In this document: one piece after another, positions 1 to 7,607 of the stretch | Layout: each line of letters starts with the position of its first letter | Position numbering within the stretch: the first letter of the stretch is position 1 | DNA from: an uncultured virus (IMG/VR IMGVR_UViG_3300006802_000088) | Taxonomy: Duplodnaviria > Heunggongvirae > Uroviricota > Caudoviricetes | DNA length: 20,000 nt | Reading direction: 5' to 3' (one strand) | Virus record (IMG/VR): IMGVR_UViG_3300006802_000088 | Notes under the pieces: model-generated | Seen by the model: the letters and a program-made list of their open reading frames with translations, nothing else | What the model was told of the DNA's origin: nothing | The model's database searches: none | Program-made: the position numbers and the translations under genes

Positions 1-1
1 G

Positions 2-694
2 TCCCTAGTTACCTACGGCAATAAAAAATATTTTTTACATTCAGCACCCAGACAATATCAGCACATTGAAGAGCTTTTTGCTTCCGATATACAGCAATAC
101 ATGGGGCTTGAATCACCAGATATTATTTTGGCTTCCGGCGAAGGTCCGGAGCGGCCATATCTCAGAGAAGACGTTGAAACCGCTTTTAGCGGAGCAAAAT
201 TTAATCCTCAAATCAAATTTGACGATTTAGACCCTAAAGATGTTGCAACAATTATGTTGTCGGATTTTCTGACAGACCAAGAATCTAGACCATTATCCTC
301 CATATATCCAATGGAGAGCGCATCTGGTACTGTGCCAATGTTGGCTCAAAATAATTTATCCAAATTAGTAGACCTAGATAAAATTTCTATTGTAAAAAGA
401 AATAAAATGAATTTAAAAGAATTTTATAATAATTTTTCTGGAAATTATTACTCAAAATATTATCTTGCTCTAAAAGCCGAACAAAAAGTTGTTTTTAGAA
501 AAACCCTGGACAAATTAATATCAAGAGCCAAAGCAGCAAATCTTGCAGCAATGAGGGAAAGATTTAGCAAATACGGTTTATCTGCCGGAGAAAAACAACA
601 CTTAAATATTCTTGAAAAATTGTTCAACGTGAGACTTGAAACTTTAGTGAACTCAAAGAGAAGTATTACCGAAATGCTAGAAGGACGACAATAA
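2..694 (+). CDS. 5'-truncated protein; C-terminal region resembles a degenerate HipA/PI3-4-kinase-like fold
   Basis: The frame of the 101..694 ORF stays open back to position 2 (SLVTYGNKKYFLHSAPRQYQHIEELFASDIQQY-M...), so the gene starts before the window. 'EELFASDIQQYMGLESP' and 'MLSDFLTDQESR' echo the HipA/PI4K patterns E-x-x-AS...LGL-x-x-P and D-x-L-x-x-N-x-DR, but catalytic residues are not canonical. Confidence 0.55.
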   Translation, partial: SLVTYGNKKYFLHSAPRQYQHIEELFASDIQQYMGLESPDIILASGEGPERPYLREDVETAFSGAKFNPQIKFDDLDPKDVATIMLSDFLTDQESRPLSSIYPMESASGTVPMLAQNNLSKLVDLDKISIVKRNKMNLKEFYNNFSGNYYSKYYLALKAEQKVVFRKTLDKLISRAKAANLAAMRERFSKYGLSAGEKQHLNILEKLFNVRLETLVNSKRSITEMLEGRQ

Positions 695-1476
695 TGAATT
701 CGTTTTCAGTTATTTATGATGCTGTAAGAAAAATCCCTTTTGCTCTTGCGTTTAAGAAAGATAATCAAATAACTTTTCATGGGGTTAACTCGCTTGGTGA
801 GTCTTGGGCTAGAGAGATGAATGAGAAGGCAGTAAGTGCGTGCTGTTGGGACATACCTAGTGGCATGGCTCGCTCTGCGTACAAAAGCTTCAATAAAGAA
901 GAGGAATATCTCTTAATTAAGAGTTTTGGTATACCAAGAGACCAGGTCGAGACAAAAACCCTGCTAACAACAGGTACTCAAAATAAAGAAAATATCACCC
1001 CAAAGTCGACAATAGGTGCAAAATCGTTTATTGAAAGACGTTTATCAATCAGTAGCAAATCCCTGCACAAACCGCTATTAATTAGCGGCTTGAGCCAACA
1101 TGGAAATGAAAATAAACAGATAAATCTAGAATATAAGGTAAAAACATTCACTATTAATAGAAAAGTTAGCTCTTTTGCAAACTTAATTAAAGCCAAGAGT
1201 CTTGGTTTCGACCCACAGACCAATTTGTTCAAAAACAAACCATCCAATGAACTATCTGATTTTTCAATACAAAAGATGATGGAAAACATTGGGTTTGGTG
1301 TTTTAAGACGTTTTGGCCGCAAAAATTTAAATCAACAAGATTTATCTTTATTAAAGAGAAGAGTCAGCAGACGTGTTGGGAGTTTGACTGAAGCGGGAGC
1401 TGAGGACAAAAAAAGTTTAAATTTTGGTCAGAAAAAAAATAATTTATTTTACGTAAATACCAGGTTAATAAAATGA
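694..1476 (+). CDS. hypothetical basic protein, possibly head-associated
   Basis: 260 aa ORF coupled to both neighbours (TAATG overlap at 692-696, short overlap at 1473-1476). No recognisable family. Confidence 0.75.
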   Translation: MNSFSVIYDAVRKIPFALAFKKDNQITFHGVNSLGESWAREMNEKAVSACCWDIPSGMARSAYKSFNKEEEYLLIKSFGIPRDQVETKTLLTTGTQNKENITPKSTIGAKSFIERRLSISSKSLHKPLLISGLSQHGNENKQINLEYKVKTFTINRKVSSFANLIKAKSLGFDPQTNLFKNKPSNELSDFSIQKMMENIGFGVLRRFGRKNLNQQDLSLLKRRVSRRVGSLTEAGAEDKKSLNFGQKKNNLFYVNTRLIK

Positions 1477-2165
1477 AAAAACCAAAATCTCAATTAAACG
1501 AAAAAATACAAGCCTTAAATGTCGCCAAAATGATTGGCTGTAGTGGTGCCCACAGGACTTCCGACGGTGTTTGGATGCCATGTGAGTCTCATGAAATTCT
1601 TAATGAAATATCTACCGTGGCAGAATCCTCTAGGTGGCAAACTGTCGTCCCTGGGTCAAGAGCGGAAAGAATTCAAAAAAAATCTGATGAAACTTCACAA
1701 AAAAGCAGTCAAGAAGACGCTCGCAGATTTACTCGGATGAAAAAGGGTAGAAAATACAAGAAAAGAAGAAACCTCCCAATGCATACCGGAGTAATACACC
1801 TTGACGGAGTAGGCCTTGTTTCCGATAGCGGAATTTCCATGAAATCTGAAATAAAATCCTTGAATAGAGGCCCTGAGTACGTAAGGGAAACAGACCCAGA
1901 TGTATTTTTAGACCCAGAATCAGCAAGATTTAGGTCGCGACAACTTGGCTGCATTGGTATAAGCAGAAGAATTTCAAAAAACGGGAGAGCCGTTTGGATG
2001 CCATGCACAAATATGACTGATTATTCAAGGCTTTCTGGAACCACATCCCTTGGCAGAAGACGTCAAAGAGAAAACAGCCAATCCATGGTTAGGACCATCT
2101 TGCGTCAAGAGTTGGGCAAATTAAAAAGAAAAAAATCAATTTGCGAAGAGATTTTAGAAAAATAA
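1473..2165 (+). CDS. protein with two GC-x-G...WMPC repeats (DUF3721-like)
   Basis: Repeats 'AKMIGCSGAHRTSDGVWMPCESH' and 'SRQLGCIGISRRISKNGRAVWMPCTNM'. WMPC is the signature of the short DUF3721 domain. Lies directly upstream of the capsid gene. Confidence 0.7.
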   Translation: MKKPKSQLNEKIQALNVAKMIGCSGAHRTSDGVWMPCESHEILNEISTVAESSRWQTVVPGSRAERIQKKSDETSQKSSQEDARRFTRMKKGRKYKKRRNLPMHTGVIHLDGVGLVSDSGISMKSEIKSLNRGPEYVRETDPDVFLDPESARFRSRQLGCIGISRRISKNGRAVWMPCTNMTDYSRLSGTTSLGRRRQRENSQSMVRTILRQELGKLKRKKSICEEILEK

Positions 2166-2203
2166 AATATTTATTGACATTCTTTTCTCTTAAACACAAC
2201 TAG

Positions 2204-2235
2204 TTGCACTATAGGTGCAAAATGCCTGCTAATTT
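2204..2235 (+). promoter_or_regulatory. putative capsid promoter: palindrome TTGCAC-N5-GTGCAA plus extended -10 TGcTAATTT
   Basis: Perfect 6-bp inverted repeat at 2204-2220 and TG-n-TAnnnT at 2227-2235, in the 152-nt gap before the capsid gene. Confidence 0.45.
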
Positions 2236-2245
2236 TGATAACTAG

Positions 2246-2310
2246 GGCTGGGTGCTTACCTAAGCCACGAAAAATAAATATTAAACCCAACCCTCAAATT
2301 TCAATAGGAG
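2246..2310 (+). promoter_or_regulatory. capsid mRNA leader: 5' hairpin and Shine-Dalgarno
   Basis: Stem-loop GGCT-GGGT-gctt-ACCT-a-AGCC at 2246-2266. AGGAG at 2306-2310, 7 nt before ATG 2318. Confidence 0.5.
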
Positions 2311-2317
2311 AAATATC

Positions 2318-3676
2318 ATGTCGCAAGACAATAAGAGAGTCGAAGAACTGCAATCAGCTCTTCGCACAAAAATGGCAGAAAACAAGGCAATTGCTGATTC
2401 TTTCAAAATCGAAGAAGGCACAGTAGTCGTCTCTGCAGAGCAGAAATCAGCGTTCGACAAGAACATGGTTGACATCAAAGAAATCAAGAGTCTCATCTCT
2501 GGTTTGTCGGCAATGGAAGAAGTTGACCAGTGGGCATCAGAGCCACAAAGTTCAGTAGCAGGCGCATATGCTTCTGCAGCTGCAGGTGTTCAACAACTCA
2601 CAAGCCGCGAAATCAAGACAATCGGCGAAATGTTCCTTGACTCACCAGAGTTCAAGTCACTCGCCAATGGTCGCAACGGCTACAACATGTCATCACCATG
2701 GCAGGTAGCTACATCGTTGACTCAACACAACTACGGAGTCAAAGATGTCTTCAGTGCAATGCCAACAGTTGGTGCAGTTGCTCGTGGTTCGGGTCTCGGC
2801 GACTTCGGCACCATTCAGCGTGACCCAATGGTGACACCACCGATGCGCACAAAGCGTGTTCGTGACCTGTTCCCAGTTCGCACAACAACAGCATCGGTTA
2901 TCGAGTACTTCCGTCAAGTTGGATTTACCTCGGTTTCAGGCGCACCAACCAACAACGCTGCATCAGTTGCAGAACGAGCAGCCGGCAACGTTTTTGCCGC
3001 TAAGCCACAATCTGGTTTCTCGTTTGTTGGTGAGCAAGTAGCAGTGAAGACATTGGCTCACTGGGAGGCTGCACACCGCAACGTCCTTGCTGATGAACCA
3101 CAGCTGCGTTCAATCATTGACAATGAGTTGATGTACGGTCTTCGTCTTCTTGAAGACCAACAAATCCTCAACGGTGACGGTGCAGGAGAAAACCTTAAGG
3201 GTATTCTTCAGACATCAGGCATCCAGACTTACCTCTGGTCGTCGGGTGCTTCGGCTCCAGTCAAAGACACACGAGCAGACGCAATTCGTCGTGCGGCAAC
3301 ACTCGCTTACTTGGCCTACTACGAGCCAAGCGGCGTTGTTGTTCACCCATCGGATTGGGAAAACCTCGAATTGGCAAAGGACACACAAGGTCAGTACCTG
3401 ATTGCTCTTTCAGTAGCAATGGGTGGCGAACCAAAGGTGTGGAGAATGCCAGTTGTTGACACACCAGCAATCGCACAGGGCACCTGCTTGACAGGCGCCT
3501 TCGGCACGGGAGCTCAGCTCTACGACCGTGAGCAGGCGAACATTCGCATCAGCGAACAGCATTCGGATTTCTTCATCCGCAACGCAATTGTTATCTTGGC
3601 AGAGCAAAGACTCGCTCTTGCTGTCAAGCGACCAGAAGCGTTCGTGAAGGTAACATTCGACAACGCTCCAGCCTGA
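2318..3676 (+). CDS. HK97-fold major capsid protein with N-terminal delta (scaffold) domain
   Basis: 452 aa. Coiled-coil N-terminus, then 'RVRDLFPVRTT', 'LRSIIDNELMYGLRLLEDQQILNGDGAGENLKGIL', 'VVHPSDWENLELAKDTQGQY' and C-terminal 'FIRNAIVILAEQRLALAVKRPEAFVKVTF'. Strong SD, strongly biased codon usage and a downstream terminator. Confidence 0.96.
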   Translation: MSQDNKRVEELQSALRTKMAENKAIADSFKIEEGTVVVSAEQKSAFDKNMVDIKEIKSLISGLSAMEEVDQWASEPQSSVAGAYASAAAGVQQLTSREIKTIGEMFLDSPEFKSLANGRNGYNMSSPWQVATSLTQHNYGVKDVFSAMPTVGAVARGSGLGDFGTIQRDPMVTPPMRTKRVRDLFPVRTTTASVIEYFRQVGFTSVSGAPTNNAASVAERAAGNVFAAKPQSGFSFVGEQVAVKTLAHWEAAHRNVLADEPQLRSIIDNELMYGLRLLEDQQILNGDGAGENLKGILQTSGIQTYLWSSGASAPVKDTRADAIRRAATLAYLAYYEPSGVVVHPSDWENLELAKDTQGQYLIALSVAMGGEPKVWRMPVVDTPAIAQGTCLTGAFGTGAQLYDREQANIRISEQHSDFFIRNAIVILAEQRLALAVKRPEAFVKVTFDNAPA

Positions 3677-3691
3677 TAACTAAGTAAACAC

Positions 3692-3737
3692 AAACCCCAC
3701 GCCCCCAGTAATGGGTAAGCGTGGGGTTTTTGTTTTT
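3692..3737 (+). terminator. Rho-independent terminator after capsid gene
   Basis: AAACCCCACGC / GCGTGGGGTTT stem enclosing an inner CCCA-GTAA-TGGG GNRA-capped hairpin, followed by TTGTTTTT. Confidence 0.85.
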
Positions 3738-3747
3738 GTGGGACAAT
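3737..3747 (+). promoter_or_regulatory. putative extended -10 promoter TGTGGGACAAT, leaderless
   Basis: Ends 6 nt before ATG 3754 with no SD. A near-identical motif occurs at 4162-4172 with the same spacing. Confidence 0.6.
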
Positions 3748-3753
3748 AGTTAT

Positions 3754-4155
3754 ATGCAAAGATTTTGGTACGGAGCGACAATACTGAATGTCGTCGACGG
3801 AGACACTGTCGACTTGATGGTGGACTTAGGTTTTAATGTCCACCACAAAATAAGAGTTCGCCTTTACGGTATTAATACACCGGAATCAAGAACCAAAGAC
3901 CTAAAGGAAAAAGAACTAGGGCTCAAAGCAAAGAAGTTTGTTGAGGACTGGTTCTCAAATCATAAATGGGTATTTGTGAACACAATTCCTGACAAAAACG
4001 ATAAATATGGACGTGTATTAGCACGAATATATTCATCGGATGATATAGACAGCCCTCAGACAGCCTGCCTAAATATAGACATGATTCAGTCGGGCAACGC
4101 CAGAGAGTATTTTGGTGTTGGAGACAAGACTTGGGCTGAGTTCAAAATTAAATAA
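3754..4155 (+). CDS. thermonuclease (SNase-like) family protein
   Basis: 'VVDGDTVDLMVDLGF...RVRLYGINTPESRT...DKYGRVLA' are SNase catalytic motifs. ATG 3754 is preferred over GTG 3721, which lies inside the terminator stem. Confidence 0.9.
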   Translation: MQRFWYGATILNVVDGDTVDLMVDLGFNVHHKIRVRLYGINTPESRTKDLKEKELGLKAKKFVEDWFSNHKWVFVNTIPDKNDKYGRVLARIYSSDDIDSPQTACLNIDMIQSGNAREYFGVGDKTWAEFKIK

Positions 4156-4161
4156 CCTCAA

Positions 4162-4172
4162 TGTGGGATAAT
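4162..4172 (+). promoter_or_regulatory. putative extended -10 promoter TGTGGGATAAT, leaderless
   Basis: 10/11 identical to 3737-3747 and again 6 nt before an ATG (4179) lacking an SD. Confidence 0.6.
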
Positions 4173-4178
4173 TAATGC

Positions 4179-4451
4179 ATGAAAAAAGACCTTTTTATAA
4201 ATGTCCTTCTTAGAATTCTTGCTACTTTTGCAGCATCTGGTCTTGGCGTTATCGGCGCAGGAACGATTGCTGGTGTTCCAGTACTCAAGGCCGTCTTTAT
4301 GGCTGGAATTGCAGGAGTTGCAGTAGTTATAGAAGGTTTGTCTAGAGCGTTTCTAGAAGATGGAAAACTTTCAACTTCGGAAATAAATGAAGTGTTCAAC
4401 AGAGTTGACAAAAAATCGCCAGCGAAGGCAAAAGCGAATGAAGCGGTTTAG
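4179..4451 (+). CDS. small membrane protein with two hydrophobic segments (holin-like topology)
   Basis: 90 aa. Gly/Ala-rich hydrophobic stretches followed by a charged C-terminal tail. Confidence 0.65.
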   Translation: MKKDLFINVLLRILATFAASGLGVIGAGTIAGVPVLKAVFMAGIAGVAVVIEGLSRAFLEDGKLSTSEINEVFNRVDKKSPAKAKANEAV

Positions 4452-4653
4452 TCTTGGGTTGGTTATTGCTTTTTTGCTTACTGGCTGCGGTTATGACGGT
4501 AGTTATCGCTATTCTTGTCAAGACCCAACAAATTGGGGGAAAAAAGAGTGTGAACCACCCGTATGTGAAGTGGATGGAAACTGCACAGAAATCCTGCTTG
4601 GTTGGGACCCAGCAAAACCAAAAGTAAAAACCACACAAAACACAGGAGATTGA
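4438..4653 (+). CDS. small Cys-rich lipoprotein
   Basis: From ATG 4438: MKRFSLGLVIAFLLTG-C signal peptide with lipobox LTGC. The mature part has 4 more Cys (YSCQDP..ECEPPVC..GNC). Confidence 0.8.
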   Translation: MKRFSLGLVIAFLLTGCGYDGSYRYSCQDPTNWGKKECEPPVCEVDGNCTEILLGWDPAKPKVKTTQNTGD

Positions 4654-4654
4654 A

Positions 4655-5317
4655 ATGGCTGAGAGAAATGGTTGGGGCATTGTTTACCATCGCTCAGATT
4701 GTGGTGACGATTATGTGAGAATGTATGGTTTTGGTGGCGATGCTCCGGGGTCATGCTGTGATACGTGGGGGCTCACCAGTCATGCAATAAGATACATCCA
4801 CGAACATCCCGAAAAAAATCACACACTTGAAGACTTACTTGCCTTAGAAATAGTAGACGGCTACGAAATAGTAAAAGCAGGAGTAATTGACGCATACCAT
4901 TGGGTGGATGAAAACGCTTGCAACTTAGCGATAACCGCACTAGTTAATGCGGCGGTATTTGCTGCGTTTGGGCCAGAGCAACCCGAAGGTGCCGCGACAT
5001 CGACCACTTTGTCATTGATGGCAGAGCCAATTCTTTGGATTGAAGACAAGGCGACAAAAGCGGTTGTAGTAAAAGCGATGACCGAAATAATTGCTGATGC
5101 ATTTTTGCTTATTCCGGAAGTCAGCAACAGCATTGACCACTCACTGTTAGACAACATAATTTCAAATTGTTTGGCTGAAAGTTTGAAACATACAGAACTG
5201 TGGGCAACACCAGCGGGTGTTTTTATTGCGATTGGGGCGGCATTTGCGCCTGTTATTGCAGATTTGATTTGTAAAAAAACTTGTCCTCAAGGATTTACGA
5301 AAGCGTTTGGAGCATAA
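4655..5317 (+). CDS. hypothetical protein, Cys-containing, with hydrophobic helices
   Basis: 220 aa ORF with SD AGGAG upstream and TAATG coupling to the next gene. Confidence 0.75.
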   Translation: MAERNGWGIVYHRSDCGDDYVRMYGFGGDAPGSCCDTWGLTSHAIRYIHEHPEKNHTLEDLLALEIVDGYEIVKAGVIDAYHWVDENACNLAITALVNAAVFAAFGPEQPEGAATSTTLSLMAEPILWIEDKATKAVVVKAMTEIIADAFLLIPEVSNSIDHSLLDNIISNCLAESLKHTELWATPAGVFIAIGAAFAPVIADLICKKTCPQGFTKAFGA

Positions 5318-5628
5318 TGTTTAAGATAGGCAACTCTAATAACCGTCCTCGTTTAACGCCAGCAGAACTAGATGCCCGGCTCAAATTTGTGGTCGGCTGT
5401 ATTCTTGGTTTTGTTCTTTTGATTACAACCGTTGGTGTTCTTTGGGCATTGGTGTTTGTGACTCAACCAATCGGTGCACAAGCAGAGAATGACAAAATGT
5501 TCTTTGGGGTTCTTTCTTCTGTGGCGACCTTCATTACAGGCACCCTTGCGGGCATTATGATTTCAACAGGGCGTAGCCCTGAAAGTAAAAGCAATAATGG
5601 AACATCTGACTCCGAAGGGTCAGAGTAA
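5317..5628 (+). CDS. two-TM membrane protein
   Basis: ATG 5317 overlaps the upstream TAA. Two long hydrophobic segments joined by 'TQPIGAQAENDK'. Confidence 0.8.
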   Translation: MFKIGNSNNRPRLTPAELDARLKFVVGCILGFVLLITTVGVLWALVFVTQPIGAQAENDKMFFGVLSSVATFITGTLAGIMISTGRSPESKSNNGTSDSEGSE

Positions 5629-5652
5629 CCCTAATTCAGAAAGCGATTCATC

Positions 5653-6357
5653 ATGAATGACGAAGATATTCTTCTAGAAGAATTATTGCTAATTGAGCAG
5701 CAATTAAAAATTGCTTGTTGTGGTGATGCTCAATCAAAGTCAGAAGAATCAACTAATGAAGACATCGACAGAAAAATAAAAAATATAGAAGAAAAAGGAC
5801 TTCCATGCTGGGAGGGCTACATCCAGGTGGGAATGAAAAAGGGAAAAAATGGGAAAATGGTTCCCAACTGTGTCCCAATTAAAAAGAAGACAGAAACAGA
5901 CGAAATAGAAATATCTGAAAAATCTGAAAAACAAAAAATACGTGACCCGAAAGGTGGGCTAACAGCTGCCGGTAGGGCTTATTTTAAACGAACAGAAGGC
6001 GCGAATCTTAAACCAGGAGTAAAAGGTGCCGCAAACACCCCAGAAAAAATGCGTCGAAAAGGTTCATTTTTAACAAGGTTTTTTACCAACCCATCAGGCC
6101 CACTTGTTGACGAAAAAGGACGAGCAACTCGTTTAGCTTTGTCTGCAGCGGCTTGGGGTGAACGTGTTCCCAAGAACGCAGAAGATGCAGCTCGTCTTGC
6201 CGAAAAAGGAAGAAATCTTCTCGAAAGATACAAAAACACAAAAGAAAAATCAGACGAACTAGACATGGAAATTAAAAATCTTGGTCAATCAATTGGACAG
6301 ATGGCTGGAGTATCCCCAACATCTAATCAAGCAGTAGACCACGATAACGAAGATTAG
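5653..6357 (+). CDS. modular putative head-associated protein (CW-x-GY...VPNCVP module plus DUF6321-like domain)
   Basis: 'PCWEGYIQVGMKKGKNGKMVPNCVP' and 'DPKGGLTAAGRAYFKRTEGANLKPGV...RRKGSFLTRF...TRLALSAAAWG' resemble short modules I recall from aquatic phage proteins. Modules are separated by acidic/Lys linkers. Confidence 0.65.
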   Translation: MNDEDILLEELLLIEQQLKIACCGDAQSKSEESTNEDIDRKIKNIEEKGLPCWEGYIQVGMKKGKNGKMVPNCVPIKKKTETDEIEISEKSEKQKIRDPKGGLTAAGRAYFKRTEGANLKPGVKGAANTPEKMRRKGSFLTRFFTNPSGPLVDEKGRATRLALSAAAWGERVPKNAEDAARLAEKGRNLLERYKNTKEKSDELDMEIKNLGQSIGQMAGVSPTSNQAVDHDNED

Positions 6358-6367
6358 GACAAAAGAA

Positions 6368-6709
6368 ATGCCACCTCCATCAAGAAAAAAGAAACGCGAA
6401 GAAACAAGGTCCAATGAAGAAATTGCCTTAACTTCAGCAATGAATTCGGAATACAACATAATGCACCCAATGATTAATGCTGAATATGTTCGTGTTCACA
6501 ATCCTTTGACAGGTCTTGACCCATCTTTTAAAACCAATTCAGAATCTTTTCGCAATTTAATACTAGAACTGTGCGATAAAGGCCTAGACAAAAAACTTTC
6601 TAAAGAATTTGATGAGTTTTCTGTGAACTACGATTCTAAATGGTCTTTGATAAAAGAATTTGCAATGCATCCAACCACAGAAACTGTAGTAGTTGACGAT
6701 GTACAATAA
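6368..6709 (+). CDS. hypothetical protein
   Basis: 113 aa ORF filling the gap in the + strand gene run. AGGA upstream. Confidence 0.6.
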   Translation: MPPPSRKKKREETRSNEEIALTSAMNSEYNIMHPMINAEYVRVHNPLTGLDPSFKTNSESFRNLILELCDKGLDKKLSKEFDEFSVNYDSKWSLIKEFAMHPTTETVVVDDVQ

Positions 6710-6878
6710 TTCAGAAAAAGCACAAATTTCATCAATAGTCTGCAAACATTGTGGATGGCCGATACACGAAGAGCCCTATAAAGAATTTACTGTTTGGCTT
6801 GACTATCAAGGTGATGGAGTATTTTGTGGCAGACGGAACAAAGGTTTGCCGCATGAACCAAAAGAGAATGGGTTATAG
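6699..6878 (+). CDS. small zinc-finger-like protein
   Basis: 'CKHCG...FCG...PHEP' Cys/His pattern. ATG 6699 overlaps the end of the previous ORF. Confidence 0.55.
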   Translation: MYNNSEKAQISSIVCKHCGWPIHEEPYKEFTVWLDYQGDGVFCGRRNKGLPHEPKENGL

Positions 6879-6883
6879 CAAAA

Positions 6884-7339
6884 ATGAGCAACAATACGTG
6901 GGGAACATATAAAGGACAAATATCTGGATTTCGTTTTGAGACAAAAGGTGATTCAGCGGCAGAAAAATGTCCAAAAGCCACAAAAGACATAGCCGTTAAT
7001 CTTCGCAATCGTAGTAACGCAATCAAAACCGCCATGTATGGTCCGTTAAACCCATCTGAACCAAACGAGGATTATTGGAAGAAACTTGGCAAGGAATGGG
7101 ATGTTGACTCCGTCAGCGCTAAAAAACAACTATGCGGCAACTGCTCTCTTTTTATTAAGACTCCGTCTATGATGGCGTGCATCGAAAGCGGCGTAACCGG
7201 AGGGGAAAGAAAAGATGAGTGGGACGCAATTGATGGTGCTGGACAGCTTGGTTATTGTGAGGCATTTGATTTCAAGTGTGCATCTAAGAGAACTTGTCGT
7301 GCATGGGTTACCGGTGGACCTATCACTAAGGAAAAATAA
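6884..7339 (+). CDS. Cys-rich protein with HiPIP-like motif
   Basis: 'QLCGNCSLF...GYCEAFDFKCASKRTCRAW' matches the C-x2-C...G-x-C...C-x2-W arrangement of high-potential iron-sulfur proteins. The metal is not established. Confidence 0.6.
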   Translation: MSNNTWGTYKGQISGFRFETKGDSAAEKCPKATKDIAVNLRNRSNAIKTAMYGPLNPSEPNEDYWKKLGKEWDVDSVSAKKQLCGNCSLFIKTPSMMACIESGVTGGERKDEWDAIDGAGQLGYCEAFDFKCASKRTCRAWVTGGPITKEK

Positions 7340-7584
7340 TGAAAGTCTGGATTGACCAGGACTTATGTACTGGAGATGGCCTGTGCGCGGAGATAGCCCC
7401 CGATGTATTCATCATGCTGGAGGATGGGTTGGCGTACGTCCAAGAGAATGGGAAAGTATTTTCGAAAGCGCGAGGCAACCCAGAGGGAGCAAGCGGTTTA
7501 GCCTCTTTCGCAGAAGACCGCCTTGGTGATGTTATTGAGGCAGCAGAAGAATGTCCTGGTGAATGTATCTTTATCGAACCTTAA
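7339..7584 (+). CDS. fdx: single-cluster ferredoxin (3Fe-4S/4Fe-4S, actinobacterial type)
   Basis: 'MKVWIDQDLCTGDGLCAEIAPDVF...AAEECPGECIFIE' gives C-x2-D-x2-C...CP. Acidic, 81 aa. Confidence 0.92.
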   Translation: MKVWIDQDLCTGDGLCAEIAPDVFIMLEDGLAYVQENGKVFSKARGNPEGASGLASFAEDRLGDVIEAAEECPGECIFIEP

Positions 7585-7607
7585 ATTAAGGTTTAATTAA
7601 TAATAAT

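Noticed and set aside
2174..2179. Perfect TTGACA -35 upstream of the capsid gene
   Set aside because: No convincing -10 hexamer at 16-18 nt spacing.
6355..6357. Possible TAG recoding (alternative genetic code)
   Set aside because: nrdJ ends at TAG right after its conserved CPIK terminus, other genes also stop at TAG, and long genes are intact under the standard code. No suppressor tRNA was seen.
7577..7593. Inverted repeat AACCTTAA-A-TTAAGGTT at the convergent fdx/dioxygenase junction
   Set aside because: Position suits a bidirectional terminator, but the stem is AT-rich and weak with no clear U-tract. Not supportable.
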